DNA of 64,000 nt from a candidate division TA06 bacterium. GTDB lineage: Bacteria > Hydrothermota > DG-26 > E44-bin18. Below the pieces are notes generated by a model, which was given only the letters and a program-made list of their open reading frames with translations, made no database searches and was not told the origin of the DNA. Location: assembly GCA_004376575.1 (NCBI GenBank), contig SOJN01000046.1, positions 48,709 through 112,708 of the forward strand, in the 5' to 3' direction. The first letter of the stretch is position 1; each line of letters starts with the position of its first letter. The position numbers were made by a program, and so were the translations under genes. Shown one piece after another: positions 28,880-43,129 of this stretch.

Positions 28880-29826
28880 GAGAACGGGCCGAAGCGTTTG
28901 TGGGGGTGGACTTTGGCGCCACCAACATAAGGGCGGGCCTGGTCGACAAAGAAGGTCGGATCCTGAAACGCGCTCACTCCAGGACCTATGCGTCACAGGG
29001 GAAAGAAAAAGTCTTTTCACGGATTATCAAATTGGTACAGAATTTGGGGCAAAATGACAGGGTGGATGTTGGTATTGCGTGCCCTGGTCCGGTAGATGGC
29101 TCAACAGGAATCATATTTGACCCACCAAATCTTCCCGGATGGAAGAAGGTTCGCCTGAAGGAGGAGCTTGAGGAGAGATTGGACACAAGGGTCCATGTGG
29201 AGAACGACGCCAACATGGTTGCGTATGGGGAGTGGGAGTTCGGTGCCGGGAAGGGAGTGAACAATCTACTCTGTCTCACGCTGGGAACAGGAGTTGGCAG
29301 TGGACTGGTGCTTGATGGAAGCCTCTACACAGGCGCGAATGGGTTTGCGGCTGAATTGGGCCATACAATAGTGGAGCCGAATGGGCCTCAGTGCAGGTGC
29401 GGCGCCAGAGGTTGTCTGGAATCACTTGTTGGTGCAAAAAGCATTGAGGCAGAGGTTGAACGTGCCATTGCATCCGGCCAGGAGACGATTTTGACACAGG
29501 GAAATGACGAAATGACCGTATCCCGTATCAGTTCTGCGGCGGCAAAGGGAGACTCACTTTCAAGGAAGGTCCTGGAAAAGGCAGGCTTCTATGTGGGCAT
29601 TGCCGTTTGCAATGCAGTTGCACTGCTTGATGTAGAAATGGTGATCGTGGGAGGTGGAATCTCAAAAGCTGGTCCACTCATTATTGAGCCCATCCGAAAA
29701 GCCGTCTCCTCTAACCTCATCGGCCGTCGCCTGCGCACTTTGGAGATAGTAGGTTCACAACTGGGCGACGATGCAGGTATCCTGGGGATTTCCGCTTACT
29801 CAAGGGCTTCTGGAGCCTCAAAGTAG
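28876..29826 (+). CDS. ROK-family sugar kinase (glucokinase-like)
   Basis: FVGVDFGATNIRAGLVD N-terminus and the ROK zinc motif CRCGARGCLE. Confidence 0.8.
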   Translation: MRERAEAFVGVDFGATNIRAGLVDKEGRILKRAHSRTYASQGKEKVFSRIIKLVQNLGQNDRVDVGIACPGPVDGSTGIIFDPPNLPGWKKVRLKEELEERLDTRVHVENDANMVAYGEWEFGAGKGVNNLLCLTLGTGVGSGLVLDGSLYTGANGFAAELGHTIVEPNGPQCRCGARGCLESLVGAKSIEAEVERAIASGQETILTQGNDEMTVSRISSAAAKGDSLSRKVLEKAGFYVGIAVCNAVALLDVEMVIVGGGISKAGPLIIEPIRKAVSSNLIGRRLRTLEIVGSQLGDDAGILGISAYSRASGASK

Positions 29827-31515
29827 ATGTCTGGACTGACTGTCCTTGTTTTGCTTTCCTTTCTCGGCCAGGCTGCCTTTCCAGATCCGCCCGTCCCAAA
29901 TGTGGAATTTACTGGCAACCGCCACCTGTCAGAGGAAAAGCTCGTGCAAGCTTTTCACCTTGAGGCAAGATGCTTTGGCGAACCGGAGTCTGTTTTTGCT
30001 GCCCTGGAAAGGGTGCTGGCCCTGTACAGGGATTTGGGCTACCTCTTTGCGAAGGCAGAAGTGGTTGAAGAGCCAGATGAGCTAGCACGTCTCCTGGTCA
30101 GAGTGGAAGAAGGACAAAGGTACACTGTGGGCCACATTGGGATGGAGGGCAATGAGTCCATTTCGGACAATATGATTCTGTCCCAGATGGATACAAGAGC
30201 GGGAGGGATCTTTGTCCAGGAGATGTTCCTGAAAGACATGGAGCACATTCTGAGGTTGTATGAGGACAACGGGTTCGCCTTTGTCCAGGTTGTACCGCAA
30301 GGTTTCTCGTATGACACAGTAGACCACAAGATAGGCCTGATTCTCCGAATAATGGAAGGACCAAAGGTGAGACTCGCCGGTGTGAAAGTCAAGGGTTGCA
30401 CTATTTCAAAGCCGCAGTATCTAGCGAGAGAGTCAGGCATCAGAAAGGGTCAGGTCTTTTCAGCCTTAGAGCTGGAGAACGCAAAGCGAAGACTGGAAAG
30501 GCTTACCTTTCTGGTCAGAGTTGGCGACTTCAGGCTGGAACCTGCGAGTTCTGAGGAGATGGTGTGGGCAATCGTTGAGGTTGAAGAAGGTGCGATGAAC
30601 ATCGTCTATGGCATTCTTGGATATGAGCCCGGCGAAGAAGGCGGCCTCACGGGACTCCTCACCATCAGTCTGGAAAACCTGACCGGTCGTGGGAGGGGCC
30701 TGAAAGCCCGGTGGCAGAGAACGAACCCACTCACCTCGTGGCTTGATCTGGCCTACCGGGAGCCTTTTGTGTTCAACTACGATGTGGGGTTTGAGGTATC
30801 ATTTAGCCACCAGATCAGAGACACGAGCTTCACAAAAAGTTCGCTGTCTGTTGTTGGCGAGACAAGATCCGGGACCGTTCTTGGGTTCAGTCTGGGGTTG
30901 TCTCTTGATCGTGTACTTCCAGGCTCTTTTCCGGTTCCCAGCAGCAAAAGCTATGGTGTAAGGACTGGCATATGGGTCGACACAAGGGACAGTCCGAGAC
31001 TTCCTAGAAGAGGCATCTTCTACACAATCCATGCACAATACGCCTTGCGCATGAACAGCCCTACCCAACTTGTCAGAGAGCCCGAGCCGAGAGCCAACAC
31101 AGGCAGGCTCACTTTTGACTTCATTCACCATGTTCCCTCTTTCGGTGAGCAGTCGTTTTATGCAGCAGTTCACGGCAGAGAAGCGTATTCGAGTGAACCA
31201 GAAGTTCCTTTTCACGACTATTTTTTCCTGGGTGGTGCGAGCTCAGTAAGAGGATACAGGGAGGAGCAATTTGCCGGCTCCAGAGTGGCATGGGCCAACA
31301 TGGAGTACAGGTTTCAGTTGGGGGGAGACTCGTACCTCTATCCTTTTCTCGACATTGGATACTACGAGAGCAAAGGCACAGGCAGCGTTCTGGGTTATGG
31401 TATAGGGTTGACCCTGAAGAAGGGTCTAGCAGGTATTGGCCTGGACTATGGGCTGGCGAAGGAAGACAAACCGTTAGACGGAAAGATACATCTGAGATTG
31501 ACAGGACAATTCTAG
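29827..31515 (+). CDS. Omp85-family outer-membrane protein (TamA/BamA-like: POTRA repeats + beta-barrel)
   Basis: Signal peptide, POTRA-like repeats, and a C-terminal barrel ending in aromatic F (LRLTGQF). Confidence 0.65.
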   Translation: MSGLTVLVLLSFLGQAAFPDPPVPNVEFTGNRHLSEEKLVQAFHLEARCFGEPESVFAALERVLALYRDLGYLFAKAEVVEEPDELARLLVRVEEGQRYTVGHIGMEGNESISDNMILSQMDTRAGGIFVQEMFLKDMEHILRLYEDNGFAFVQVVPQGFSYDTVDHKIGLILRIMEGPKVRLAGVKVKGCTISKPQYLARESGIRKGQVFSALELENAKRRLERLTFLVRVGDFRLEPASSEEMVWAIVEVEEGAMNIVYGILGYEPGEEGGLTGLLTISLENLTGRGRGLKARWQRTNPLTSWLDLAYREPFVFNYDVGFEVSFSHQIRDTSFTKSSLSVVGETRSGTVLGFSLGLSLDRVLPGSFPVPSSKSYGVRTGIWVDTRDSPRLPRRGIFYTIHAQYALRMNSPTQLVREPEPRANTGRLTFDFIHHVPSFGEQSFYAAVHGREAYSSEPEVPFHDYFFLGGASSVRGYREEQFAGSRVAWANMEYRFQLGGDSYLYPFLDIGYYESKGTGSVLGYGIGLTLKKGLAGIGLDYGLAKEDKPLDGKIHLRLTGQF

Positions 31516-31519
31516 GCCG

Positions 31520-31780
31520 TTATTTGCGTGTTGTCGAATTCTCTCTATTCTCTTTCCTGTTCAATCTTCTTCTTCGACGGTAGAAGTTCCTTCTGGTCAC
31601 AGCAGAGAATATAGTCGGCAGCTTGGAGCTGGATTCTCTGGAGAGTGCGAGAAGGGCTAATCCCGAAAACTCGTGGGGAACATCCTTGTTGTCGTCATAC
31701 ACGCCGTAAACATAAAGGGCGTTCGAACGCCTGTCGACAAGCAAGAGATTAGTACTACCAGATCCTACGGCAGCTTTCAT
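31520..31780 (-). CDS. small hypothetical protein with an Arg-rich C-terminus
   Basis: ATG with GGAGG RBS 9 nt upstream, 86 aa. No homology recognised. Low confidence. Confidence 0.3.
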   Translation of the reverse strand: MKAAVGSGSTNLLLVDRRSNALYVYGVYDDNKDVPHEFSGLALLALSRESSSKLPTIFSAVTRRNFYRRRRRLNRKENRENSTTRK

Positions 31781-32127
31781 TTCAAAACGCCTCCCTGAGG
31801 GGCCATCTAACACCGTTTTCAATACACCCTGCCTTCCGCAACACACAGTATACAGCAAGAAATATGCCAACCCTGCGAGCAACTTTCGGGAAGAGCGTAA
31901 GTTTCAGTACCAGAAAGACCTAACCCAGATGAGAACGAGCATTTTCCCGGGAGGTCCGGGCCAAAAAATGGGGCCACAGGATGGCGGAAACGACAGTTTT
32001 TCTTGTAAGTTAATGAGATTGGGGAAGTTGCAAAACGCAACAAATAGTTGCGCAAACACCCCTTTCGCCCCCAGGTGTTTCCCTGTCTCAGCTTCTTTCA
32101 GGTCTGTTACCCTTCGCCAGAGCCTCG

Positions 32128-32280
32128 TTAGTCGCCCGGATCTGGAAGGGGCATAGGTGTGACAGGCCCACTACCAACCGGGGTTGGCGGACCTGCGATA
32201 GTCAACGAAACCCCGAACACCAAAACCGCAGCAAGAACAAGCATTGCGATAATGCTGCCCTTCTTTCTAAGAGGTCTCAC
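32128..32280 (-). CDS. small (50 aa) signal-peptide/TM protein with a Pro-rich tail
   Basis: GTG 8 nt after AGGAGG. MRPLRKKGSIIAMLVLAAVLVFGVSLTIAGPPTPVGSGPVTPMPLPDPGD. Not in the ORF track because it is under 60 aa. It has its own consensus promoter. Confidence 0.45.
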   Translation of the reverse strand: MRPLRKKGSIIAMLVLAAVLVFGVSLTIAGPPTPVGSGPVTPMPLPDPGD

Positions 32281-32358
32281 TTTCAACACCTCCTCTCAAC
32301 CGAAATTCAGTGTTATGTAGAAGTGATCCCCAACCCGTCTTCTTTACCCTTCGTCGGA

Positions 32359-32388
32359 ATTGTAATGGTTTTGTGACACCTTTGTCAA
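32359..32388 (-). promoter_or_regulatory. sigma-70-type promoter (TTGACA-18-TACAAT) for the small ORF
   Basis: Reverse complement reads CTTGACAaaggtgtcacaaaaccatTACAAT. Confidence 0.45.
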
Positions 32389-32502
32389 GTCTTTTTTTCG
32401 CTGGGAGTTATTGTTTTTTCTCGGTGAGATGTGGCTAAAAACCACACTGCGGGAAGGCATAGTGCAACCGTCTGTTGCGTCCTGGGAAGCAGCTTGCCTA
32501 CT

Positions 32503-37632
<5,130 letters not shown>

Positions 37633-37717
37633 TTCACACCCTCACCTGCCAGGATTTTTCGCTCACCGATTGGCTTCAGGCGATCTCGAACGGTTCATCA
37701 GAGGCAACGGTGTCGTT

Positions 37718-39094
37718 CTACGCGCTTGCATACTCCTTTGCGTTTATCCCGTACCTTTTTATCTTCTCGTGCAAATTCTGTCTTGCAATCTGAGCCATGC
37801 GCGCTGACTTGGCAACGTTCCCACCGTTCGCTTTGAGAATATCTACTATGTACTCTTTCTCAAAGGTTTCCTTAGCTTTTTTGAAGGGGAACTTGATGGC
37901 TGAGAGTCCTGCCTCAGGAGTCGGTGATGTGATGGATGTGGGGAGGTCGCCCACCTGTATGATGTCGTCAGAGCACAATGTCACCGCATGCTCGATGGCA
38001 TTTTCAAGCTCTCTTACATTTCCCGGCCAATCATGCCTCAAGAACCATTCGACTACTTCGGGAGTAAAACCTCTTACCGTCTTCTTCTGCTCTCTGCAGA
38101 ATTTCTGCAGGAAGTGATCCGCCAGGAGTGGTATGTCTTCTCTTCTCTCTCTCAGGGCAGGGAGAAAGATTCTTACCACATTAAGTCTGTAGAAGAGGTC
38201 CTTCCTGAAGGTTCCATTAGATAGCTCTTTGTTCAGATCAATGTTAGAGGATGCCATTATTCTGACATCAACTGTGATTTCCTTTATGCCACCAACAGGT
38301 ATGAAAGCACTTTCTTCAATGACGCGAAGAAGTTTTACCTGAGTGGAAAGGGGGGCTGTGTTTATTTCGTCCAGGAATATTGTTCCCCCCTCAGCTGCTT
38401 CGAAAAGGCCCTGCTTCGTTCTATCAGCACCCGTGAATGCACCCTTGGTATGCCCGAATAGTTCACTTTCCAGGAGAGTCTCCGGCACCCCACCACAGTT
38501 TATTGCAATGAATCTCTTATTCTTTCTCGGACTGGAGTAGTGTATCGTCTTCGCAACTACTTCCTTTCCTGTTCCACTTTCGCCTTGTATGAGAACTGTG
38601 GTCTTGGTTGGAGCAATCTTCCGTAAGAGTGCGTAAAGATCACGCATCTTCCTGCTTTTCCCAATGATGCGGCTGAAGGAGAACGTGTCCTCGAGCTGTT
38701 TGTGCAGATACCTGTTCTCATCCACCAGACTCTTTCTTTCAATTGCCCTCTCCACGACCAGCTTGACGCTTTCCATACCTATGGGCTTTCTGAGAAAGTC
38801 GTAGGCACCCAGTTTCATCGCCTCTACGGCAGTTTCGACAGTGGCATATCCTGTCAGCATTATGACCGAAGGATCAAACCTGTTTCTTCTTATTTCTTTT
38901 AGTACATCCAGTCCAGTGATGTAGGGCATTTTCAGGTCTAACAGAACAACATCATACTTAACGCGCTCGAGGGATTTGATGGCTGCTCTCCCATCTTCCG
39001 CCTTTGAAATGTGATATCTGTCTTTCAGAATGTCTTCCAGAGCATCTCTTATGCCCGGCTCATCGTCCACTATCAGAACGCTAGCCTTTTGCAT
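37718..39094 (-). CDS. NtrC-family sigma-54-dependent response regulator (REC-AAA+-HTH)
   Basis: [14 protein letters not shown] receiver, [21 protein letters not shown], and a Fis HTH. Start taken at [11 protein letters not shown] (ATG 39092-39094). The track start is 39178. Confidence 0.85.
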   Translation of the reverse strand: MQKASVLIVDDEPGIRDALEDILKDRYHISKAEDGRAAIKSLERVKYDVVLLDLKMPYITGLDVLKEIRRNRFDPSVIMLTGYATVETAVEAMKLGAYDFLRKPIGMESVKLVVERAIERKSLVDENRYLHKQLEDTFSFSRIIGKSRKMRDLYALLRKIAPTKTTVLIQGESGTGKEVVAKTIHYSSPRKNKRFIAINCGGVPETLLESELFGHTKGAFTGADRTKQGLFEAAEGGTIFLDEINTAPLSTQVKLLRVIEESAFIPVGGIKEITVDVRIMASSNIDLNKELSNGTFRKDLFYRLNVVRIFLPALRERREDIPLLADHFLQKFCREQKKTVRGFTPEVVEWFLRHDWPGNVRELENAIEHAVTLCSDDIIQVGDLPTSITSPTPEAGLSAIKFPFKKAKETFEKEYIVDILKANGGNVAKSARMAQIARQNLHEKIKRYGINAKEYASA

Positions 39095-39177
39095 TACTAC
39101 CCCCCCGGGCCGCCTCAGAAGGTTAGGAACCAGACGCGGGGTTTTTCTGGGGAACCCTGCGAAACCCCTTGGCCGCA

Positions 39178-39378
39178 TCAGCTTGTGAGCGACGGGGCGT
39201 GCTCAACGAGCTTTGCGAAGAATGAAACAAGCCATGCGCAGTTCTTCCCCCCCCAATTGTCTTTTATGTAACTCTCGGTGTAGTCGAGATCCTTTGGGGA
39301 GGCCTGTGCAATTCTGGACACTACGTTGGCGATCTGCTCCAGCTCATACGTAGTGAGGACTGGATATTTCAGATTCAT
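39178..39378 (-). CDS. small protein, paralog A of a triplicated 59-66-aa family
   Basis: MNLKYPVLTTYELEQIANVVSRIAQ...WLVSFFAKLVEHA with a GGGAGGTGA RBS. About 60% identical to paralog B. Confidence 0.5.
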   Translation of the reverse strand: MNLKYPVLTTYELEQIANVVSRIAQASPKDLDYTESYIKDNWGGKNCAWLVSFFAKLVEHAPSLTS

Positions 39379-39459
39379 ACGTCACCTCCCTATGGTCTTT
39401 TAACACCAATTAGACAATCGCGGGATTTCTGGGGATTACCCCGCCAACCTTTGACTCTC

Positions 39460-39660
39460 CTAAGGATTGACCTTGGAGGCATGTTCCACGAGCCTGCCGA
39501 AGAAAGAAACCACCCAATCCGGGTTACTGCCAGGCCAACAATCTTTGAGATAGCTCTCCGTATCGGTGATTTCCTTATGGCTGGCTTTGGATAGCCTGTC
39601 GTAGATGTTGGCCATTTGTTCCAGCTCGTATGTGGTCAGGACCGGCCTCGGTCTCGTCAT
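39460..39660 (-). CDS. small protein, paralog B of the triplicated family
   Basis: MTRPRPVLTTYELEQMANIYDRLSKAS...WVVSFFGRLVEHA with AGGAGG 8 nt upstream of the ATG. Confidence 0.5.
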   Translation of the reverse strand: MTRPRPVLTTYELEQMANIYDRLSKASHKEITDTESYLKDCWPGSNPDWVVSFFGRLVEHASKVNP

Positions 39661-39717
39661 TCTCAGCACCTCCTTCCTTTCATGGTTTCCCACTTATTTA
39701 TAATTCTTTCTTTGATT

Positions 39718-40167
39718 TCACTGAGCATCCCCCATTGACCATTCGTCGCTCAAGAGGACAAGGTCTTTGCGACCGTCCAGAACTAAGGCATAGGCACCCA
39801 TAACATCTCTGCCCAGAAGACTCGGTATTTGCTTCTTATACTTCTCCGGCAACTGATCATGCTTGTTGACCAGCACCTCATCAATATCCTGCTGGTGCTC
39901 ACCGCCCTCAGTTATGAAGGAGAAGGTCAGGTCGTTCAGTTTGTATATCTGTGTAAACCCGCCTATTCCCAACATATCCGCATTCATCTTCTCCATTTGG
40001 GCGAAGTCTATGCCCAGCTTGGCCACGTCTCGCTCACTGATGACCGTTCTTGGCGTTCCCGTATCTATCAAGAATGCAATTCTCCGGGGGTGTCCACCGT
40101 TTCTTCTGAGGACGATAATGTCTAGAAAAGGAGAACCGTCTGAGTTGAAGTAACCTATTATTTTCAA
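39718..40167 (-). CDS. retropepsin-like clan AA aspartic protease
   Basis: Catalytic D-T-G-T in FLIDTGTPRTVIS. About 150 aa. A second glycine-rich flap region is present. The ATGA start overlaps the upstream small gene. Confidence 0.7.
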   Translation of the reverse strand: MKIIGYFNSDGSPFLDIIVLRRNGGHPRRIAFLIDTGTPRTVISERDVAKLGIDFAQMEKMNADMLGIGGFTQIYKLNDLTFSFITEGGEHQQDIDEVLVNKHDQLPEKYKKQIPSLLGRDVMGAYALVLDGRKDLVLLSDEWSMGDAQ

Positions 40168-40436
40168 AGTATCACCGTTGCCTTCGTACTCGTCAAATAT
40201 TCTGTAGAGACAAGTTTAGAAACTCTTGGAAGCCTTCTGTCCACCAGTCTCATCAGCTCTGAAATATCCCGGTGTGAACCGACCACCTTCTTGTTGAATA
40301 CTGCAACAAACTGGTCGGGATAGCGTCGCGCAAGCGCAGAATAATTCTCAGCCAGCCACTTGGGATCGTCTGTGCTCGCTGCCGTCAGCTCATCCAGCAG
40401 AGCCCCGGGAATCTTGGTTGTAGTTGCTTTTGCCAT
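40164..40436 (-). CDS. small DUF5678-like protein translationally coupled to the retropepsin
   Basis: AGGAGG RBS 5 nt upstream. The motif ...YPDQFVAVFNKKVVGSHRDISELMRLV... resembles DUF5678 as recalled. Confidence 0.45.
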   Translation of the reverse strand: MAKATTTKIPGALLDELTAASTDDPKWLAENYSALARRYPDQFVAVFNKKVVGSHRDISELMRLVDRRLPRVSKLVSTEYLTSTKATVIL

Positions 40437-40470
40437 CTCAACCTCCTGCTTTGATTTCTTCCTTGACGCT

Positions 40471-40650
40471 CTAAAGATCTTCAAGCAGCCTGCAAAAGAA
40501 GGTGATGTACAGTTTTTGATTGGAAGCAGAACTTTTTTGTACGATGTAGCGGCGAGTAGATTCTATTTCATCGGGAGTTGCCTCTTTCAGTCGATCAAGG
40601 GTCCACTTAGTGGTTTCCAGTTCATGTATTGTAACCACCGGTTTGGACAT
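40471..40650 (-). CDS. small protein, divergent paralog C of the A/B family
   Basis: MSKPVVTIHELETTKWTLDRLKEATPDEIESTRRYIV...LYITFFCRLLEDL has the same pattern (V.T.HELE ... FF.RL.E) and a GGAGA RBS. Confidence 0.4.
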   Translation of the reverse strand: MSKPVVTIHELETTKWTLDRLKEATPDEIESTRRYIVQKSSASNQKLYITFFCRLLEDL

Positions 40651-40667
40651 CGGAGAATCTCCTAATA

Positions 40668-42422
40668 CTAGATCTCTTGTTTGGACTCGTCCTGCATCGG
40701 GGGTAGCATGACCGTCACAGTTGTGCCTACTCCTGCCGCACTCTCTACCGAGATGCTTCCTCCGTGCTCGTCTACGATCCTTTTTGATATTGCCAGGCCC
40801 AGACCAGTTCCCGTTTCTTTGGTGGTGTAGAACGAGTCGAATATCTTGCCCAGCTCTTCCATCTTTATTCCGCACCCTGTGTCTTTGAAAGATACCAGAA
40901 CTCGTTCATCGCCCAACCTGTCCACACTCGATCCAGTGGAGACTGTCAGGGTTCCCCCCTCGCTCATGGCCTGTGCGGCGTTTGTTATCAGATTCAGAAA
41001 AACCTGCTGTAGTCTGTTTTTGTCTGCAAGTACACGCGGTAGATCGTTCTTCAGCGACCTTTCAAGTACTACGTTGTGGTTCTTGAGGTGGTTTTCTGTC
41101 AACAGGATGGACTCCCCTATAATTTGGGTTATGCTTTGAGGCTTGAACTCTGATCTGGACATGCGAGCAAACTCGAGTATCCCCTGTACTAGCTTTGATA
41201 TTCTTTCCACCTGTTTGTCAATAACATCGATGGAGTTGTATATCGGATCGCGGGGGTCTATCTTGCTCAATAGAATGTCTGTTCTGGCCATTATGGTCAT
41301 CAGGGGATTGTTTATTTCGTGTGCAATGGACCCAGCCAACTCGCCCACCGTGGCAAGCTTCTCAGACTGGAGCAACTGTGGGTAGGCCACAGCCATGGTC
41401 AGTGTGTTTTCCTCCAGCCTTGAGTACTTTTGTTTCAACATGTGATGGGACTGAGCCTTGGAAATAGCCAGTCCTACTCCGTCAGCGAAGGCCCTGAGTA
41501 GTGGCAAGTTATCCTCGCTGAAAGAATCCTCCTTCTTGTTGCTTTCTAGAAGTATGGCCCCAATTTTTCTGTTGTTCCTGCTGATTGGCACACATATGGC
41601 AGATTTGATTCCAGAATGGGAAACTGCGGATTCTGTCTCCTCGACACTGGGAGAGATCAAGAATGGCGATCCACATTCAATGACCCGTTCAGATATGTCA
41701 AAGTCTTTCGTTTGTTCCTCAATCAATTTCTTATAGTAACCATATCCCGCTCTAAGCGTGATGCTCTTGCCGGCTGCGTCAAAAGTCACGATTGCGGCTC
41801 CATCAACGTCTGGTATCAATTCGACCGCTTTCTTAATAACGAGCTCAAACATCTGCTGAGGATCCATGGTAGAGTTGATAGCGTTTGTTACGGATATGAG
41901 GCTTTCTGCCTCTTCGGACTTCTGCTGCATTCTATCGTAGTCGAGTTTTGCAATGAACGCTTCGCCAAACACTGAAATGAACTCCTGAAGCTTGGATCTT
42001 TCGTCGCTTCCGAGAAAGCCTTCCTTGATCCCGAGCACCATCCCTTTCTGCATGTTCGTTTTGCCAACTGGGAACAAGACTACATTGCAGGACTCTGGTA
42101 CCTTTGAACCCTTAGGAAGCAGGCAGTTCAGCTCACCTGCCGTCAGTGAAACGGCCTGGCTGGGTTCTGCAGAAAGCTTGAGAGTTGTCCTTATCCGACC
42201 TGGTTCCAACTTGGCAAGTTCCTTCTTGTGTTCCAGGAAGGGGGGACGGTAGGACTCTGCCATGAGACTGGGTACACCGAGGTTGTCCTTGTCAAAAAAG
42301 AGAAGGGCAGCATCCAGAGGAGGTACGCTACCACTGGTCAGATGTTCGACGATTACGTGAGGAATGCGAAATGTGGTCTTCAGATGTCCCGTCTTACTTT
42401 CTGATGCGGCCACGTGCCCCAC
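40668..42422 (-). CDS. soluble sensor histidine kinase (unknown N-domain - GAF - HisKA - HATPase_c)
   Basis: H-box HEINNPL, N-box NLITNAAQA, G1 box DTGCGI, G2 box GTGLGLAI. No TM segments. Confidence 0.85.
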   Translation of the reverse strand: MGHVAASESKTGHLKTTFRIPHVIVEHLTSGSVPPLDAALLFFDKDNLGVPSLMAESYRPPFLEHKKELAKLEPGRIRTTLKLSAEPSQAVSLTAGELNCLLPKGSKVPESCNVVLFPVGKTNMQKGMVLGIKEGFLGSDERSKLQEFISVFGEAFIAKLDYDRMQQKSEEAESLISVTNAINSTMDPQQMFELVIKKAVELIPDVDGAAIVTFDAAGKSITLRAGYGYYKKLIEEQTKDFDISERVIECGSPFLISPSVEETESAVSHSGIKSAICVPISRNNRKIGAILLESNKKEDSFSEDNLPLLRAFADGVGLAISKAQSHHMLKQKYSRLEENTLTMAVAYPQLLQSEKLATVGELAGSIAHEINNPLMTIMARTDILLSKIDPRDPIYNSIDVIDKQVERISKLVQGILEFARMSRSEFKPQSITQIIGESILLTENHLKNHNVVLERSLKNDLPRVLADKNRLQQVFLNLITNAAQAMSEGGTLTVSTGSSVDRLGDERVLVSFKDTGCGIKMEELGKIFDSFYTTKETGTGLGLAISKRIVDEHGGSISVESAAGVGTTVTVMLPPMQDESKQEI

Positions 42423-42425
42423 TCC

Positions 42426-42848
42426 CTAATTCCTCTCTGCGTTTCTTGCGGCCACTATTTCCCTCTTGGCTTGTGGCGAACACAGGTGTCTTGCAACTAT
42501 CCACCTGATGATTTCGAAGTTTAGCGGTTTTCGCGCATAGAAGACTATACCCAACTTTCTACATGCAATCTCCAGGTCATCTGAATAGTCCGAAGTTGTG
42601 ACAACGATGGGGAATGTAGAATCGAGTTCCCTTATCGTGGAGATAAGCTCTAACCCCCTCATGTCTTTCAGTTGCGTATCAGCAATAAGTATTGACAGAG
42701 CGCTGTTTCTGAATGCGACGAGAAGGTCTGAACCATTCTCAGCAGTAATGACTGAGAACCCCAGTCTTTCAAATGCCCTTCTCAATTTGGTGAGCCACTT
42801 TGAGTCGGCATCTGTGATTCCTATAGTCTTATCCATCGCGTCAACCAT
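42426..42848 (-). CDS. single-domain response regulator receiver (CheY-like)
   Basis: IGITDAD, phospho-acceptor Asp in ILIADTQL, and the conserved T (VVTTS) and K (YARKP). Confidence 0.65.
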   Translation of the reverse strand: MVDAMDKTIGITDADSKWLTKLRRAFERLGFSVITAENGSDLLVAFRNSALSILIADTQLKDMRGLELISTIRELDSTFPIVVTTSDYSDDLEIACRKLGIVFYARKPLNFEIIRWIVARHLCSPQAKREIVAARNAERN

Positions 42849-42883
42849 TTACCACCCTGACTAGGGTGGCACGAAACGTATCA

Positions 42884-42899
42884 TGCAACAATTGTGCCA
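42884..42899 (-). promoter_or_regulatory. sigma-54 (RpoN) promoter, TGGCAC-N5-TTGCA
   Basis: The reverse complement reads ctcTGGCACaattgTTGCAtg, a perfect -24/-12 consensus with correct spacing, about 36 nt upstream of the receiver gene. Confidence 0.55.
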
Positions 42900-43129
42900 G
42901 AGGACGGATCTCTGATGCGGTTTGCTAAAGTTATGATAGATTTGGACTTACGGAGCACACACAGAGCGTCTCGGGGGGGGTGGTTGCAGCTCTGTGTGTC
43001 ACCTTGACACGGAGTCAACCTTCATTTCAGGGAGATACCCAAGGATGGGGACGTTCGGAAGACGGGTCAAAGGTGCCTTGCTTGTGTCAGTCTGGTACTA
43101 TGGGGAAGTACTACGGGGCATTCGTCGGG

